Below, piece by piece: positions 37,419 to 49,574 of a DNA stretch of 64,000 bases (positions within the stretch are counted from its first letter, which is position 1; the number at the start of each line of letters is the position of its first letter). The DNA comes from Mobula hypostoma (lineage: Eukaryota), in NCBI RefSeq assembly GCF_963921235.1, contig NC_086097.1, positions 55,616,001 to 55,680,000 on the forward strand. The letters run 5' to 3'. Below the pieces are notes generated by a model. That model did not search any database, was not told the DNA's origin, and saw only the letters and a program-made list of their open reading frames with translations. The position numbers were made by a program, and so were the translations under genes.

Positions 37419-37759
37419 GAGAAGAGTGCATTTGAGTCAGTATTTGAAACAGCAACAATTCACAATTTAATCACTAGAGAAAACTATGTATCTATGAAGC
37501 CTAAATAAAATCATGAGAAAGAGTTATTCTTTATCGTCCAACAGGCTAGATTTTATCATGTCCTGCCTGATGACTGCTAATGCAATGCCAACACTTGTAA
37601 CATTGAAATGTCACTTTCATTCTCCGTGTTATATGGTCTCTTCAGTTTCCATCACATTGAATGGGAGGCTTTGCCTCATCAGGCTTCAGCGAGGACAGGC
37701 TTGTATGAGGTAGTATCTGGTAAATTTCTTCTTCTTCATTCTTTATTCTTTATCGGTTA

Positions 37760-38420
37760 GTGCATAATTAGTGCAGTGAGAATATCTCCAAGGGCTGTGT
37801 TGTGTTCTTTGTGTGAAATGTGGGAATTCTGGGAGAACTTCAGCCTCCTGAATAACCACATCTGCCCCAAGTGCACTGAGCAGCAGCTCCTCAGAGAATG
37901 TGCTAAGGGCTGGAGCTGTAGCTCGATGACCTTTGGCTCATACGGGAGCAGGAGGCAGGTACTAATGACTGTCAGGAGGGGAAACAGAAATGGGCAGTCA
38001 GCACAGAGTATCACTGTGACTGTTCCCCTCAATAATAAGTATACCGCTTTGGATACTATTGCAGGGAGATGTAGTGACCTGATCTTTGTCACCTACGCTG
38101 GTGCTGTGGCTCAGAAGGCAAGGTGAGAGAAGAGGACTGCAGTGGTGATAGGGGAGTCCGTAGTTAGAGGATCAGGCATGAGATTCTGTGGATGTGAGAG
38201 AGACACCTGGAAGGTATGTTCCCTCCCAGTGCCAGGGTCCGGGACGTTTCGGGTTGGGACAATGACATTCTAAAGGGGAAGCATGAGCAGTCAGAAGTTG
38301 TGAAACATCTTGGCACAAATGATATAGGTAAGAAAAGGGAGGAGATCCTGAAGAGAGAGTTTAAGGAGCTAGGTAGAAGGCTGCAAAGCAGCATGTCAGG
38401 GGTAGTAATCTCTGGATTGT
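37760..38420 (+). mobile_element. CR1 ORF1 fragment (zinc finger plus esterase)
   Basis: VLCSLCEMWEF...HICPKC; VIGESVVRG; HLGTNDIGKK...VVISGL. Confidence 0.85.
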
Positions 38421-41333
38421 CCTAGACTCCCCCACCATGGGAAACATCCTTTCTACATCTATTCTGTCCAGGCCTTTTCACATTCAAAATGTTTCAGTGA
38501 GACTCTCCCTCATCCTTCTAAATTCCAATGAGTACAGACCTACAGCCATCAAACATTCCGCGTATGTTAACCCTTCCATTCCTGGAATCATCCTGGTGAA
38601 CTGCCTCTGGACCCTCTCCAATGGTTGCACATCTTTTCCTAGATGAGGAGCCCAAAACTGTTCACAGTGCTCCAGGTGAGGCCTTACTAGTGCCTTATAA
38701 AGCCTCAGCATCACATCCCTGCTCTTGTAATCAAGAGCTCTTGAAATGAATGCTAACATTATATTTACCTTCCTTACCATAGACTCTACCTGCAAGTTAG
38801 GATGTTCTGCACAAGGACTCTCAAGTCCCTTTGCATCACAGATTTTTGGATTTTCTCCCCATTTAGAAAAGAGTCTATATATTTATTTCTAGTACCAAAG
38901 TGCATGACCATGAATTTTCCAACATTGTATTTCATTTGCCATTTTCTTGCCCATTCTCCTAATCTAAGTCCTTCTGCAGCTTACCTACTGCCTCCACACT
39001 ACCTGCCCCTCCACCAATCTTCGTCTCATCTGCAAACTTGGCAACGAAGCCATATATTCCATCATCTAAATCATTGATATACAGCATAAAAAGAAGTCAT
39101 CCCAACACCAACACCTGTGAAACACCACTAGTCACTGGCAGCCAACCAGAAAAGGATCCTTTTATTCCCACTCGCTACCTCCTAACCAGTGTTCTAACCA
39201 TGTTAGTAAGCTTTCCTGTAATACCACGGGCTCTTAACTTGGTAAGCAGCCTCATGTGCGGCACCTTCTGAAAGTCCAAATATACAACATCCACTGCATC
39301 CCGTTTATCTATCCTATATGTAATCTCCTCAAGAAATTCCAATAGGCTTGTCAGGCAAGACTTTGTCCTAGCAACACACACAAAATACTGGTGGGACGCA
39401 GCAGGCGAGACAGCATCCATAGGAAGAAGCACAGTCGACGTTTCGGGCCGAGACCCTTCGTCAGTCCTATGTGTGTGTTGCTTGAATTTCCAGCATCTGC
39501 AGATTTCCTCCTGTTTGTGCTGACTTTGTCCAATCTTGTTCTAGGTCACCAAGTACTCCATAATCTCATCCTTAACAATTGGCTCCAACATCTTCCCAAC
39601 CAATGAGATCAAGCTAACTGGTCTATAAGTTCCTTTCTGCTGCTTTCCTCCTTTCTTAAAGGGTGGAGTGACATTTGCAATATATCATTGAAAGATCATT
39701 TCTCATGCCACCACAATCTCTAACGCTACCTCTTTTAGAAACCTACGATGCAGTTCATCTGGTCCAGGTGACTTATGTACCTTTAGGTCTTTCAGCTTTT
39801 TGAGCACCTTCTCCCTTGTATAGTAACTGCACTCACTTCTCTTCCATCAAACACTACAACATCTGGCACACTGCTAGTGTTTTCCACAGTGAAGACTGAT
39901 GCAAAATACTCATTTAGTTCATCTGCTATCTTCTTGCTCCTGTTATTATTTCTCTGGCCTCATTTTCTAGTGGTCCTATATTCATCCTCATCTCTTTTAT
40001 TTTTTACATACTTGAAGAGTTTTTTACTGTCCACTTTGATATTGTTTGCCAGCTTGCTTTCATATTTCATCTTTTCCCTTCTAATGATTCTTTTAGTTGC
40101 TCTCTGTAGGTTTTAAAAGCTTCCCAATCCTCTATCTTCCTGCTAATTTTTGCTTTGTTGTATGCCATCTGTTTTGTTTTTACATTAGCTTTGACTCCCT
40201 TGTCAGCCACAGTTTGACTATTTTGTGATTTGAGTGTTTCTTTGTCTTTGAAATACATCTGTCCTGCACCTTCCTCATTTTTCCCAGAAACTCATGCCAT
40301 TTCTGCTCTGCTGTCATCCCTGCCAGCATCTCCTTTCAACTTATTTTCAACTCTTCTCTCAAACCACTGTAATTTCCTTTACTCCACTGAAATAGCTAGG
40401 CCTGACCTTACTTTCTCCCTATCAAATTTCAAGTTGAACTCAATCATATTGTAATCACTGGCTCCCAAGGGCTTTTTTACCTTGAGCTCCCTAATTGCCT
40501 CCAGTTCATTACATAACACCCAGTCTGGAAGAGCTGATCCCCTAGTAGGCTCAACATCAAACTGCTCAAAAAAGCCATCTCATTGGAATTAAACAAACTC
40601 ACTCTCTTGAGATCCATCACCAACCCAATTTTCCCAATCGACCTGCAAGTTAAAGTCTCCCATGACTATCATAACATTGCCCTTTTGACACACCTTTTAA
40701 ATTTTCTGCTGTAATCTGTGGACATCCCAGCTACTATTGAGAGACCTGTATATAACTGCCATCAGGGTCCTTTTACCCTTGTAGTTTCTTAACTCAGCCC
40801 ACTAGGATTCAACATCTTCCGATCCTATGTCACATCTTTCTACTGAGTTGATGCCATTCTTAACCAGCAGAGCCACACCACTCTCCCTGCCTGCCTTCCT
40901 ATCCCTCCGAAACAACATGTAACCATGGACATCCAGCTCCCAACTACAACCATCCTTCAGCCATTATTCAGTGATGGTGACAACATCATACCTGACAATC
41001 TATATTAGTGAACAAGATCATCAGCCTTATTTCTTATACTCTATGCATTGAGATATAACACTTCGAGTGCTGTATTTGCTACCTTTTTTGATTTTGCATC
41101 TCTAATGCACTGACACTCATCCTGATGACTGCAGATATGTCCTATCATCTCCCTGCCCTTCCTGACAGTCTGACTGTATGCTATCTTTGCGTTTTTATCA
41201 TCCGTCCTATCCTGAATCCTTGCTCTCCGGTTCCCAACCACCACCCCCGCTCCCGCCAATTTAGTTTAAACCCTCCCCAACAGCTCAAGAACATGGGTCC
41301 CCTTTCGGTTCAGATGCAACCTGTCCCTTTTGT
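38421..41333 (-). mobile_element. CR1 (ORF1 end, EN, RT) lacking its 3' terminus
   Basis: YKRDRLHLNRKG, LEVLYLNA, KSCLTSLLEFLE...DFQK and PHLEHCEQFW. Stops at FPMVGESR, with no 3' UTR or tail. Confidence 0.88.
39369..39521. mobile_element. Mini Penelope-derived insertion with a partial hammerhead (minus, 39432-39464)
   Basis: An inverted tail segment (acacacacaaaatactgg...gtcgacgtttcgggccgagacccttcgtcag) is joined to a sense terminus (tgtgtgtgttgcttgaatttccagc). Flanked by gactttgtcc twice (39359-39368 / 39522-39531). Confidence 0.85.
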
Positions 41334-41426
41334 AATACCATGGGATATACCTGTTACAGATATGGACAGAGAAGTGGCAGTTGAAGTTTAATCAGGCAAG
41401 TGTGAGGTGTTTCACTTTGATGCGAA

Positions 41427-43766
41427 GACCATAACACATAAGAGCAGAATTAGGCCATTTGGTCCATTGAGTCTGCTCCACCATTTCATTATGGCTGATT
41501 TATTTTCCCTCTCAGCCCCAATCTTCTGCCTTCTCCCATAGCCTTTGATGTCCTTACTAATCAAGAAGCTATCAACCTCCATTTTAAATATACCCAATGA
41601 TTTAGCCTCTATAGCTGTCTGTGAAAATGAATTCCACAGATTCGCCACCCACTGGATAAAGAAATTCCACTTCATCTCCGTTCTAAAGGACCGTCCTTCT
41701 ATTCTGAGTCCATGCCCTCTGGTCCGAGGCTTCCCCACTATTGGAAACATCCTCTCCATGTCCACTCTACCTAGGCCTTTCAATATTCAATAGGTTTCAA
41801 GAAGTTCCCTCTCATTCTTCTAAACTCCAGTGAATTCAGGCCCAGAGCCACCAAACACTCCCCATAATGTCAACTCTTTAATTTCTGGTATCAGTCTCAC
41901 GAACCTCTGCTGGACCCACTCTAATACCAACCCATCCTTTCTCAGGTAAGGGGCCCAAAATTGCGGTCCGACCTATACCCTATAAAGCCTTAACATTACA
42001 TTCTTACTTTTATATTCTAGTCCTCTTGAAACAAATGCTAACACTGCATTAGCTTTCCTTAATCTTTGGGGATCCTGCACTAGGACTGCCAAGTTCCTTT
42101 GCATCTCTGATTTCTGAATTCACTTTCTGTTTAGAAAATAATTTATGCTTTTATTCCTTCTACCAAAGTGCATTACCATACATTGTATTCCATCTGCCAT
42201 GTCTTTGCCTAATCAGTCCAAGTCCTTCCTCAGACTCTCTGCTTCCTAAACAATACCTGCCCCTACACCTTTCTTTGCTTTGTCCACAAATGTGACCACA
42301 AAGCTATAACTACTGCCATCCAAATCATTGCCATGTAACGTGAAAAGAAGCATTCCGAATACTGACTCCCGAGGAACACCAGTGATCACTGGATGCCAAC
42401 CAAAATAGATCCTCTTTATTCCCACTCTATGCCTCCTGACAGTCAGCCAATCTCCTGTGCAGGCAAGTGTCTTTGCTGTAATACCATGGGCTCTTATCTT
42501 GTTTAGCAATCTCATGTGTGGCATCTTGTCAAAGGCCTTCTGAAAATCCAAGTAAGCAACATCTATGGACTCTCCCTTGTCTATCCTGCCTGCTATTTCC
42601 TCAAAGAATTCTGACAGATCTGTCAGGCAAAATTTCCCCTTAAGGAAACCATGTTAACTTCATCCTGTTTTATCATGTGCTTCCAAGTATCGTGAAACCT
42701 CATCCTTAGTAATGGATTCTAACATCTTGCCAACCACAGAAGTCGGACTAACGGCCCTATAACTTCCTGTCTTTTGCCTGTTACGTACCCCGTAACTGGG
42801 TTGCCAAACCAGCAGAAATGGATCACTCAGTTGGAGTCTGGAGTACTAGAACTAAGAAAGTTTTATTAAAGAAACAAGCAACACAGTAATCGAAAGGATA
42901 ATAAATGCAACAGTTCAACAATGATAACCACACATGTGCACAGAATTAAGATAACAGCATCAACCAAGCTCTATCGTTGTCTAGGGGTAAATGACCAAAT
43001 TTCAAAATGACTCAAAGTTCAGTCCAGTTCAGTTCACAGTAATCGTTGCCATGGCGATGGACAACGTGGGGTAAGGGAGAGATAGAACAGGAACAACTGA
43101 TCATTCAGGACACTGCTTCACTCACAGACCGGCGAGATTGCTCATAAGCAGCTTTTGGGCGGGTCCTTGGTGATGTCACCTGAGGTCACCGACTGTGACC
43201 CCTCCTCCAGATGCGGTCGATCCTCTGCAGTGAACCCGGCACCCAGGCAAGGGCGGACACACACCGGGTTCCCGCTGATCGTACCTTTCCACCCTGGTCG
43301 TTGTCTGGGACTTCTCACCCACTCGTGAGAGGCGCACCGCTTCCAGGGTCTCGTTACCTCGGGTGGCGTGTGTGTGTCTTAGCGAACCTGTCCCTTTTTA
43401 TCCCCCTGCTGGGGTATCGCCTGTCCATCACTTCAAACGGTTCAGGGTTCAAAGGGGGAGCCGCTCCAGACAGCTCTCTCTCCCACGTCCCTTCATTACA
43501 CATCTCCAGACGCTGCTCCATTGTTCCTTATCTCTCCTTCCCCTGAGGGCAGGTGGCAGACCAACTGCTGATGCCACTGATGCTAGCCCAGGCCAGCAAA
43601 CATCTTAATTTTATGTGTATTCTCATAACATGCCTCACACCCTTCTTAAAGTGTGGAGGGTCATTTGAAATCTTCCAGTCCTCTGAAAATATTCCAGAAT
43701 CTAGTGGTTCTTGAAAGGTCACTACTAATTTCTCCACAATCTCTTCAGCTACCTCTTTCAGAACCA
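41427..43766 (-). mobile_element. CR1 RT to 3' end, interrupted by a solo LTR
   Basis: VLKEVAEEIV, DFQKAFDKMPH, KGLGRVDMERMFP. Tail at ~41427-41440. Confidence 0.88.
42779..43630 (-). mobile_element. Solo LTR (852 bp), same family as 30051-30876
   Basis: tgttacg...cataaca termini with a 4-bp TSD TGCC (42775-42778 / 43631-43634). Aligns along its length with the first LTR. Confidence 0.92.
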
Positions 43767-43799
43767 CGTGGAATGTTTCCCTTGAATGATAATGTGGGC

Positions 43800-44022
43800 T
43801 CCTGATCTCACAATCTATCTCATTACGATCTTACAACTAACTGTTTGCATGCACTGCACTTCCTCTGTAGCTGCTACACTTTATTCTTCATTCTGTTATT
43901 GTTTCACCTAGCACTACCTCAATGCACTGTGTAATGATTTGACCCTTATGAACAATATGCAATCTCTTCGCTGTGTCTCGGTAAATGAGATGATAATAAC
44001 AAAATTCAATTCAGTTCAATTA
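43800..44022 (+). mobile_element. LINE (Rex/L2-like) 3' UTR remnant
   Basis: gcactgcacttcctctgtagc...gatgataataacaaaattcaattcagttcaatt, a short-repeat tail. Confidence 0.5.
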
Positions 44023-45209
44023 TACACTTTTTTTTAGCATTGACTTTTACCAAATAGTCTCTGTTGTGTCAGCTGACTTGTCACAATGGTAACTGTCACC
44101 CTTCATACAGGGGAATGGCAAAATTTTTGACACAGATTTTCTTGTCATTTCATAATGAATGTCAGGGCTCCTGTTCAAATATGGAAGCCTTGAATTCATT
44201 GACCAACCTCTGCCAGACTCGCTGCCTATGCTCCATGAAGCCATTCATTTGAATAGAATGTATACTGTAGTTGTGATGAAGAAAGATAAGAATCTAGATA
44301 CTGTGGTGACAATGCTTTGACGTTGTTATGATGCAGAAATCCAAGTTTTTAAAAAAAATTCAAGTACTGTTTAGAATCTGAGGGGTTACAATCAGAGGGT
44401 GCATTACTTGATAGTACTTTCATTTGTGAAATTGTAGAGTATGACAGTTTTCATTAAGAATACATGTTATCTTATGATTAATAATTTTTAACAAGAATTA
44501 AAATTCTATACATGACTTGTTAGAGCAACAAATTTCACGACATATGCCAGTGTTACTAAACCTGATTCTGAAGTTTTGATATAATGAAAGGGAGCTGCAG
44601 GGACTGGTTCTGAAGATAGGACATTCCTGCAGTTTGTTTTACAGTTTGAATTGCACTCCGGGTTGGTTGAGAAGTTGTTCAGAAACTTGCATCACTGCTC
44701 ATACAATTTTCAAAATTGATTTGCTCTGTTTTACTGCCATAATAACTCAATGTGCTCATTCTTTGAGTAAAGAGCTCAGCTTTTAGTTAATTTATGTGGC
44801 AGGACACATTACAGAACTGTAATTGTCTCTTTGTTCACTCACGTACAAGATTGCCTTCTATCATATATCTATTTTAAGCGTGTCCCTTATGATTGCCTTT
44901 ATTTTGGTCTTGCCTTTATTTTACTTGGGCTTTACCAACAGGCAAGCGGTATTCCCAAGATGGAAAATTAATATTATCTTTTATGTTCAAAGAAATGAAG
45001 AACCCCCATTTGCAACCCCCCCCCCACTTTCTAGGATACAGCAGGCACATATTTTATTCACAATATTATGTCAACATTACTTATTCTCACTTGATGCCTA
45101 GATCCTTGCTGAGATGAGCTGCTGATTCTGAGATATCCTTTTGATGTCCCACCATATGTGCAAATATAAAATATCCTAGACCTTTTATTATTAGATAATA
45201 TCACCTCTG

Positions 45210-45440
45210 GGCAACATACACAAAGTGTGAAGAAACTCAGCAGGTCAGGCAGCTTCTACGGAGAGGAATAAACAGTTGACATTTCAGACAGTGACCCTTC
45301 ATTGGGACTAGAAAAGGTCTCGGAACAAAAGGTTGACAGCTTATTCCTCTCGATAAATGCTGCTTAGCCTGCTGAGTTGCTCCAACACTTTGTGTGTGTT
45401 GCTCAAGACTTCCAGCATCAGCAGAATCTCTTGTGTCTAT
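45210..45440. mobile_element. Penelope-derived fold-back mini element
   Basis: Inverted arms gcaacatacacaaagtgt...ctcagcagg / cctgctgagttgctccaacactttgtgtgtgttgc with degenerate hammerhead cores in the middle. Confidence 0.8.
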
Positions 45441-46317
45441 TAATATCATTTCTGTTGGTTTTGGTCATCATGCAGTCTGCTTAGGAATGATGTCACTGTG
45501 AACTTTAACCTTGCTGCTTACTGAATGACTTAAAAGTTAGCTTCATCATCCAGGCCTTGCAAAAATGCTTGGGTCATTGGTTCATTGATTCTCAATGTGT
45601 GAAGAATTATATCTTCTGGAAACTGCATATGCTCCAGTATATCTTATCATTTGCCTTTGGACTTCCTTATAGAGTTGAGGATTATTCAAAATGAAAAAGT
45701 GTAAATATCCATCTGATTCTTTCCCTGTGCTCGTACTGCACTACAAGATTTGAGACTTGTGGTTTACACTGGGGTCTAGTGAAGTACTCACTCAAGCCAC
45801 CAGCAAATCCTACTACCCATAGAATCTCCTAAAATATTTATCCTTTCCAATTTTCTCAGACATGAGCTGCATTTGATCAGCTCCTTGCGTGAACACACTG
45901 TGTGCATTGTTGGAGGGATGAAACTGGGAAAGATCTCTGAAGAAGAAAACATCACTGACAGATCGTTTAGAGAATGGGGATTCAATTACAAGTCTAGCTC
46001 CATAGGAAGAAAAAAAGAAAAATTTAAAAAAACAAAGATATGATTCATTGAATCACAGTAACTGAAACTAAGAAAAAAAAGACTAACACGCTTTCTAGAG
46101 AAAGAGAGAAATAGAATGAAAGGAAGAGTTATGATCCATTATTGATCATAAAAATGAGGATTTCTCAGGGGCTAAGTCAGATTAATATTTGCAGTAATTG
46201 GCACTTATAAGTAAAACTTGGAGTATTTGCTTATACATTAGGCTTAGAATCTGCACCTGGCTGCAAAACATGTGCCAGCTCTGGCTGGTATAAAGCTAAG
46301 GGCAGACATGAAATGTA

Positions 46318-47952
46318 GACACCTCGCTCTCAAATTCACAAGGACCATTTCTGATATTTCTCTCCCTTTTAAAGACCTCACTGTCTCCATCTCAGGAAGC
46401 CAGCTCTCCACTGATATTTGCTATAAACCCACGGATTCACATAGCTACTTCGACTACGCTTCTTCACATCTTGACTCCTGTAAGGATGTCCACTGCTTTC
46501 CACCCTGCTTCTCCATCTCTGCCACATCGCTCTCAAGATGAGGCTTTCTGTTCCAGGAAATCTGAAATGTCCTCCTTTTTCAGGAAGTGTGGCTTCCCTT
46601 CTGTTGTGGTTGATGTAGCGCTGTCTCACAGCTCTCTGCTCTTACCCTACCTCCTCACAGAGAGAATAGGGAGAGAGCTCCCTTTCTTCTTTCCTTTCAC
46701 CCCATGAGCCTCCGCACCTAACATGTCAACCTTCGATATTTCTGCCAGCTGCAACATGAACCCGTCACCAGCAACAATTTCTCCCCACCTCCTTCTGCCT
46801 TCTGCAGGGACCACTTCCTTCATGTCTCCCTAGCCAACTCATCTCCATACACCTATCCCTCCTGTAATCTTGGCACCTCCCCTTGCCCTTGCAGATTTAA
46901 CACTTATCCTTGCATCTCCTTCTCCCTCACCACCACCCAGGGACCTAAACAATCCTTTCATATGAGGAAAGAGTTCACATGCATCTCCTTCAACTATGTC
47001 TACTCTATTTGGTCCTCTAAATTGAGGAGACCAAGTGCAGACTCAGTGACTGATCCGCAGAATACCTACACTCAGTCCACAATGGCCATCCCAAACTCCC
47101 AATGGCTGACCAGTTCATCTCCCCTCCACATTCCCCCACTAACTTCTCCAATGTGGAGAAGCAACACCTTACATTCCACCTGGTAGTCTATAACCCAATG
47201 GCATTAATATTAATTAATGCACACAAAATGCTGGAGGAACTCAGCTATCAGGCAGCATCAATGGAGGGAAATGAACAGTTGACGTTTCTGGCCAAGATCC
47301 TTCATTAGGACTGAAAAGTAAGGGGACAGAAGCTGGAGAGAAGGAGAGGTCATAGATTCTCCTTCCCCACTTTTTTCTTTTATTTTCCCTCTCCTCCTCC
47401 TGATCCTCCTAGTTTTGTCCCCTCCCTAAAAACCCCCTTCAGCCCTCTTTACCCTCTTTGTCTCCTTCCCCCTCCTCCATCCACCAACTTCGGATACAGA
47501 TTTCCTCCCTTCCACTCCACTTCCCATCTGGTTCCAACTGAGTTTCACCTCTCCCTTCCTCTACAAAGGTTCCCATTCTCACCTCCTTTGCTTACCAAAA
47601 TCCAGCACGTGTTACAGCTTAGCTGTCTTCCTTCTTCACGTTCCTCTCTCCCAACCTTGTTTCATCAGTTTTTTATTTCTTTTTCCTCTCTCACTTTGTC
47701 TGTCTCCATTTATCATTCACCTACCACAGTCTTACAACTCCACCCTGATTCACTTCCCCTAAGTGGCACTACCAGACTGTCAGCGTACACCCCCCTTTGG
47801 AGTCCTTTCTTGCCACTCCCCATCCCCTCTCTGTGCTCTCCATTCTCAGTCCTGATGCAGGATATTGGCCCGAATTGTCGATAAGTTATTTCCTCCCTAC
47901 TGATGCTCCTCGACCCACTGAGTTCTTCCAGCAGGCTGTGTGTTGCTCCAGG
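46318..47952 (+). mobile_element. Decayed Penelope-like element (RT C-terminus, GIY-YIG remnant, UTR) with an inverted tail at 47218-47350
   Basis: ALKFTRTISDISLPFKDLTVSI...YKPTDSHSYFDYASSH (PLE RT) and EKQHLTFHL. Degenerate hammerheads at ~47276-47312 (-) and ~47847-47885 (+). Confidence 0.8.
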
Positions 47953-48672
47953 TATGAAATGTATGTGGGTCCTCAGGTTGGCAGCTTGTGGAGTACCCAT
48001 AGATTCAAAGGTGAATCCAGAAACAAAACCCTATGTCAGATGGCATGCATTTGGTGTCAAGCCATTCGTAGCTTCCTCACGCAAGCACTGACGTGCAGAA
48101 AGTGATGCCACATGCTCCAGAGTTCTCCAAAGGATCTCAGTGTATTCCAACCCGATATGACTGAACACCTGGACTTAATTAAGTGAAATAACTTAACGGT
48201 GAACTGCAAAGTAAATAAATGTTTTGAATCTCTTTGGGGAATGCATACCTGGACGAGCTAAGCAAGCCTGCACCTTGTTGCAAAACCTGATGAGTTTGAA
48301 GACTTCCACTAATGATTTCTGCAGCTGTGGAAAGGTTCGCATGGTAACTTATTACCTGCAGACCAAAGCCTACGTTCACTACTTTGGAGAATGTGAGACC
48401 ACTGACACTTTTTGCGGCCAAGACTTCTCAGAAACCAGTGTGTGTTTCAATACCATTGTCATGAACAGGAGGATAAGGCAAAGAAAAGATGGAGAAGAGT
48501 TATTTGTTATGGGGGATAGCCGTCGTCCATGTGAGAGCACAGGTCATCTGAGGACCAAATGTGAAGGTGCATGTAAGCATTCACTTCAGCTTCGAGCCAA
48601 CAGTTCCTTACTTACTTCCGATGGTGTCACTGCTTCAATCTCCATTTTATATTATCAATGATGATCTGATAT

Positions 48673-49042
48673 TCAGAATCAGGTTTATTATCACCAGCAT
48701 GTGATGTGACTATTACCATCAGGTAGGAGGTTCAGAAGCCTGAAGGCACACACTCAGTGATTCAGGAACAGCTTCTTCCCCTCTGCCATCCGATTCCTAA
48801 ATGGACTTTGAACCTGTGAACACTACCTCACTTTTTTTATTATACAGTATTTTTGTTTTTGCACATTTTTAATAAGCTGTTCAATATACATAATTGATTT
48901 ACAGTATTTGTTTATTTATTATAATGTTTTATTTTTTTTTCTCTTTCTCTCCGCTAGATTATGTATCGCATTGAACCGCTGCTGCTAAGTTAACAAATTT
49001 CACGTCATATGCCGGTGATAATAAAGCTGATTCGGATTCTGA
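48673..49042 (+). mobile_element. Rex1-type 3' fragment with an inverted copy of its own tail at the 5' end
   Basis: LLPSGRRFRSLKAHTQ*FRNSFFP followed by a 3' UTR. 48673-48709 is the reverse complement of the tail. TSD tctgatattc (48665-48674 / 49038-49047). Confidence 0.85.
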
Positions 49043-49574
49043 TATTCTCCTTTCTCTCTCATGTAGTTGTGAAGATGGCCAATACATTCAATGCTCTTCA
49101 GCACTGGCTCACATCACTTAATTTCTGTTAAATCATCTGGGCTGCCATATAGACATTGAGACATTTTCAGATAGAAGACTAGGTGAATTTGTTGACCCAG
49201 AGTTTCAGATTTAATGACAACAAGTAAGCTCCCACATTAAAGTGTTCACATGATTTTACTGTGGGATTTACTGCCCATGCTCCTTGAGTCTATTGAGGAT
49301 CCACCATTGTGATGAAGAAAGATAAGAAAAAACCCTTTTTAAAAAATCTAATGCGTTTAATTATTTAAATGTGTTCTGTATGATGTAACTTAATTTATAG
49401 CAACTTACTTTTAATTATTTATTTTATCTTTAATAACTAATTGTTTCTAAATGAGGGGATTTCAGAGGCATTGGAAAGCTTTGAGAAACTTGGCTAAGTA
49501 CAAATCTGAAGGCATTTCAAAGGTGGGACTTTTTACACCTTTCATTCAATTATGTTGCATGAGAGTCATGTCTC

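Noticed and set aside
36565..37470. Stand-alone AP endonuclease gene
   Set aside because: It is the inverted L1 EN segment reading through the TSD, with catalytic motifs altered.
30051..43630. 13.6-kb provirus or LTR retrotransposon bounded by two LTRs
   Set aside because: Each LTR has its own TSD. There is no PBS, gag, pol or env between them, only L1, CR1 and unique DNA.
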